Below are positions 60,954-64,000 of a DNA stretch of 64,000 bases, one piece after another. Numbering within the stretch: position 1 is the first letter of the stretch; each line of letters starts with the position of its first letter. The notes under the pieces were generated by a model. The model did not search any database and was not told the origin of the DNA. It saw only the letters and a program-made list of their open reading frames with translations. The DNA lies in the NCBI GenBank assembly GCA_016706255.1, contig JADJJZ010000006.1, positions 486,022 to 550,021 on the forward strand, written 5' to 3'. The stretch is from Bacteroidota bacterium (GTDB taxonomy: Bacteria > Bacteroidota > Bacteroidia > Chitinophagales > BACL12). A program made the position numbers and the translations under genes.

Positions 60954-61749
60954 TTATGATGACAATTCGGTTTGTTGGGGTTTCGGGGTTATGGGTTTTA
61001 GGTTGTCGGCGTTGAGTAATAAAAAATAATCGACGTTGAAGCCTTCGAGTGTGTTGAGGGCTGCTGTTGCAGCGTGTTGAATTTCGTGCGGGGTAAGTAT
61101 GTTGACCATGGTAGCTGCATATTGTAAGCTGGCGTAAATGGCACCTGCTTTTTGGAGAATTTTGGGGTTGAGGCGGACATTGCGGGAACTCATTGCCAAG
61201 CCGTGGGGCTCGCGGTAAATGGGGCACATGACCAATTCTACCGGCATTTTGAGGCTATTGATGAGTTGCGTTAGGATGAGGCATTGCTGAAAATCTTTTT
61301 GTCCGAGAAACAAAATATCGGGACGGGTTATCTCCAGTAATATCTTAACCACCTGGGCTACACCGGCGAAATGCCCCGGCCGGCTTGCACCTTCCAGCTC
61401 CAGGTCGAGGCCGGCGAGATCAAATTTATCGGTCACTTGGGTAACCGGACCATAAATATCACTCGCTTCGGGCAGATATAAGATGTCGCAACCCGCAGCT
61501 TCCAGCATTTGGATATCCTGCTCGATTGGACGCGGATACTTTTCTAAATCTTTGGGGTCGTTGAACTGTGTCGGGTTCACAAATATGCTTACAATGGTGA
61601 TATTGGAGCGTTTTTTGCTTGTTTCCACCAGCGAAATATGCCCCTGATGCAGGGCTCCCATAGTGGGGAACGAAGCCTATTTTGGCCCCTTCAGCCTTTA
61701 ATCGGGTGCTCAAAGGGGTGAGTTGGTCGCGTTGTTTGATTATCTGCAT
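60954..61749 (-). pseudogene. panC: Pantoate--beta-alanine ligase with one frameshift
   Basis: MQIIKQRDQL...KIGFVP then the PTMGALHQGH motif in the other frame. There is one extra G in the GGGG run at 61665-61668 (plus strand). Confidence 0.85.
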
Positions 61750-61930
61750 GCTTAGTGGTTTAAGGGTTTTAGGCGAATTTACCGTGGTTTTAACAAAGTT
61801 TGACTTTGGGTTGCATAAGTAAATTCTAAACTATATTTTGTAATTTTGCAGCTTCAAAATTAAACTTCTGAGCAGACTTAAGAAGTAAACACTTCGCAAA
61901 ATAACCTAACAGTCAAGTAACTAGTTATAT

Positions 61931-62750
61931 ATGGACAAGAAAAGAGTGTTGATCATCACCCAGGAAATGCAGCCTTACTTAAATGGGACCGATATCGGGA
62001 ATATAGCAAGGGAATTACCACAATACGTTCAGGATAAAGGAAATGAAATCAGGGTTTTGATGCCGCGTTACGGTGTAATCAACGAACGCCGTCACCGCCT
62101 GCACGAGGTTGTGCGCCTGAGTGGAATGAATATTATTTTGAATGATGATGATTATCCGCTGATCATTAAAGTTGCTTCTGTGCCCGGCGCCAGAATGCAG
62201 GTTTATTTTTTAGATAACGATGACCTGTTTAAGCCAAAATACGTTTTTCACGATGACAATGAAAAATCTTATGAAGATAACGCCGAACGTATGGTGTTTT
62301 TCTGCAAAGCAGCGCTTGAAACGGTAAAAAAATTCCAGTGGGCACCGGATATTATTCACTGCCACGGCTGGATGACCAGTTTGATTCCGCTATACATTAA
62401 AACAGCTTATAAAAATGAGCCGGTATTCCAAAATTCAAAAGTGGTTTACTCGATGTATAAAGGTGCATTTGAAGGTCATTTAGATAAAGCGAAATTTTTA
62501 GAAAAAGCACCTATTAATACCATGGTTGAACCTGAACACTTAAATGCGTTTAAAGATTACGACCATCTTGGATTAAGCAAAGGTGCTGCCGCATATGCCG
62601 ATGGTGTTATTATTGGTAGTGCAGTTATTGAAAAAGAAATCAGCAAATATCTTAAAGCGCAAGGTAAACCGTGCTGAATTTACTGAAGAAGAATACCTCG
62701 ATAAATACGCTGAATTTTATGACAATTTAGCTCCAATAATTTCAAAATAA
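61931..62750 (+). pseudogene. Short glycogen/starch-synthase-like protein, frameshift near 62670
   Basis: 248-aa ORF. The conserved C-terminal ...EFTEEEYLDKYAEFYDNL... continues in another frame. Confidence 0.65.
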
Positions 62751-62766
62751 ATCCGTTATAGGCAGG

Positions 62767-64000
62767 ATGAACAAGGTTGTGTATTTATTGATTGGCGGTT
62801 TGATTGTGTTAGCAGCATCGTGCCGAAAAGATAATTTTATTGGTGAAGAATTACTACCCGAAGAAGACTTCTTAAATTCAACAAGGGTTGATACGTTTAA
62901 AATGATAACGTATACCGATTATGATGATTCGGTAGTTACCAGTCAAAATCCGTTTTATGCACTCGGCAGTATGACCAGCGAATTTTATGGTAAAGCAACT
63001 GCAGGCATTTTTGCACAGGTGGTTTTACCGGCCAACAATTTATTTTTTGGTGATAATCCGCATGTTGACTCTGTAGTGCTAACTTTAGATTATGCTAGCT
63101 ATTACGGCGATACCACTGCCACACATTGTGTTTCTGTTTATCGTTTAACAGAACCGATGCGCAATAACAGAAATTATTATTCGAATCAGCAATTTCATCA
63201 CCTCAATATTCCTGTCGGCAAAAAAAATGAATTCTTGGCAAAAACACGCGATAGCGTAACACTTGCTGATGGTTCACTTTGGGAGCCACATTTACGTATT
63301 AATTTATTTGATGCGTTCGGACAAAATATTGCTGATTTAGATTCCAGTGTGTTGGAAAATGACACTACCTTTTTACAATATTTACAAGGTTTATATATTG
63401 CAGCAGATACACTTACCGATGGTTATTCACGTGGTATGATGTATTTTGATATGTCGTCTGTAATTTCCGGTGTGCGTGTTTATTACAGCAATTCGGAAGC
63501 GGATTCATTAAGTGTATTATTTCCGTTTGCAGGTGTAAAAACAAATTATTTTACCAATAATTTTCCGGTTGAAACACCGGCTTATCAGGCGCTTGCAAAT
63601 CAGGATACCACCAATGGCAATGCTGCAACTTATGTAAAAGGATTTACCGGTTTGCGTACCATAATAAAATTACCTACGCTTACCGATTTACAGGATGTTT
63701 CGATTAATAAAGCAGAATTAACTTTTACTGCAGTGTATGATGATGGCAGATTATTTAATCCGCCACCGAAATTATTATTAATTCCGCAAGATTCACTTGG
63801 TCATAATACTTACATTGTTGCATTTTACAGTGAAGAATATTTTTCTACGATAATTGATGATAATTTAGGTCAAACCAGTATTGGTGGTACTTTATTAAAA
63901 TCGATATCACCGGAAACAGGAAGAACAATTTATCAATATAAATTTATCATAACACGTCACGTTCAGGAAATTTTGGAAGGTTCGCTCGATAATAATGGAT
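62767..64000 (+). CDS. DUF4270-family lipoprotein (partial, runs off the window)
   Basis: MNKVVYLLIGGLIVLAASC lipobox. Open frame to the window end; not in the ORF track because it has no stop. Confidence 0.6.
   Translation, partial: MNKVVYLLIGGLIVLAASCRKDNFIGEELLPEEDFLNSTRVDTFKMITYTDYDDSVVTSQNPFYALGSMTSEFYGKATAGIFAQVVLPANNLFFGDNPHVDSVVLTLDYASYYGDTTATHCVSVYRLTEPMRNNRNYYSNQQFHHLNIPVGKKNEFLAKTRDSVTLADGSLWEPHLRINLFDAFGQNIADLDSSVLENDTTFLQYLQGLYIAADTLTDGYSRGMMYFDMSSVISGVRVYYSNSEADSLSVLFPFAGVKTNYFTNNFPVETPAYQALANQDTTNGNAATYVKGFTGLRTIIKLPTLTDLQDVSINKAELTFTAVYDDGRLFNPPPKLLLIPQDSLGHNTYIVAFYSEEYFSTIIDDNLGQTSIGGTLLKSISPETGRTIYQYKFIITRHVQEILEGSLDNNG

Noticed and set aside
61841-61848. Bacteroidota -7 promoter box TAATTTTG upstream of the glycogen-synthase-like gene
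   Set aside because: It matches TAnnTTTG and is 83 nt from the ATG. However, such octamers are frequent in AT-rich spacers, and I could not identify a convincing -33 TTG partner, so the evidence is too weak to list as a feature.
35116-62750. Alternative genetic code (stop-codon reassignment) as an explanation for the interrupted genes
   Set aside because: TAA, TAG and TGA all terminate well-conserved full-length genes at expected positions (for example the nuo genes and panD). Most interruptions are frameshifts, not stops.

Overview
This window is a low-GC, Bacteroidota-type chromosome segment. 1-14.2 kb holds a complete, uninterrupted 14-gene NADH dehydrogenase I operon (nuoA-N). Its nuoG/nuoH and nuoH/nuoI spacers are filled by degenerate 10-bp tandem-repeat elements, and one of them carries a four-helix-bundle (23S rRNA IVS / Avd-like) gene. 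14.2-18.4 kb holds housekeeping genes ending in panD. panD (18.0-18.4 kb) and its usual operon partner panC (61.0-61.7 kb) are separated by about 42.5 kb of accessory DNA, bracketed by inverted copies of a ~125-bp GC-rich repeat. The accessory block contains: small genes punctuated by a 50-bp double-hairpin REP-like element (5 copies); a T9SS-sorted protein; an MFS transporter; a hybrid two-component regulator; a sigma54 regulator plus kdpFABC-porin-kdpD locus flanked by 155-bp direct repeats, with kdpB, kdpC, the porin and the kinase disrupted; and a decayed IS4-family transposase. The most interesting part is a ~16-kb, almost entirely minus-strand array of small gene cassettes. Each cassette is followed by a 70-135-bp imperfect palindrome that starts RYYYAAC-like and ends GTTRRRY-like (attC-like). 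This is an integron-type cassette array with no integrase in the window (CALIN-like). The cassettes encode immunity-protein-like, LRR, lipoprotein and nuclease-like products, and most are frameshifted. Embedded in the array is an HTH - Dam-family methyltransferase - PtuA-like ATPase (uncharacterised N-terminal domain) - PtuB-like HNH operon, i.e. a methylase-linked Septu-like module. The window ends with glycogen-synthase-like and DUF4270 genes. All calls come from reading the sequence and ORF translations by eye; no searches were run.
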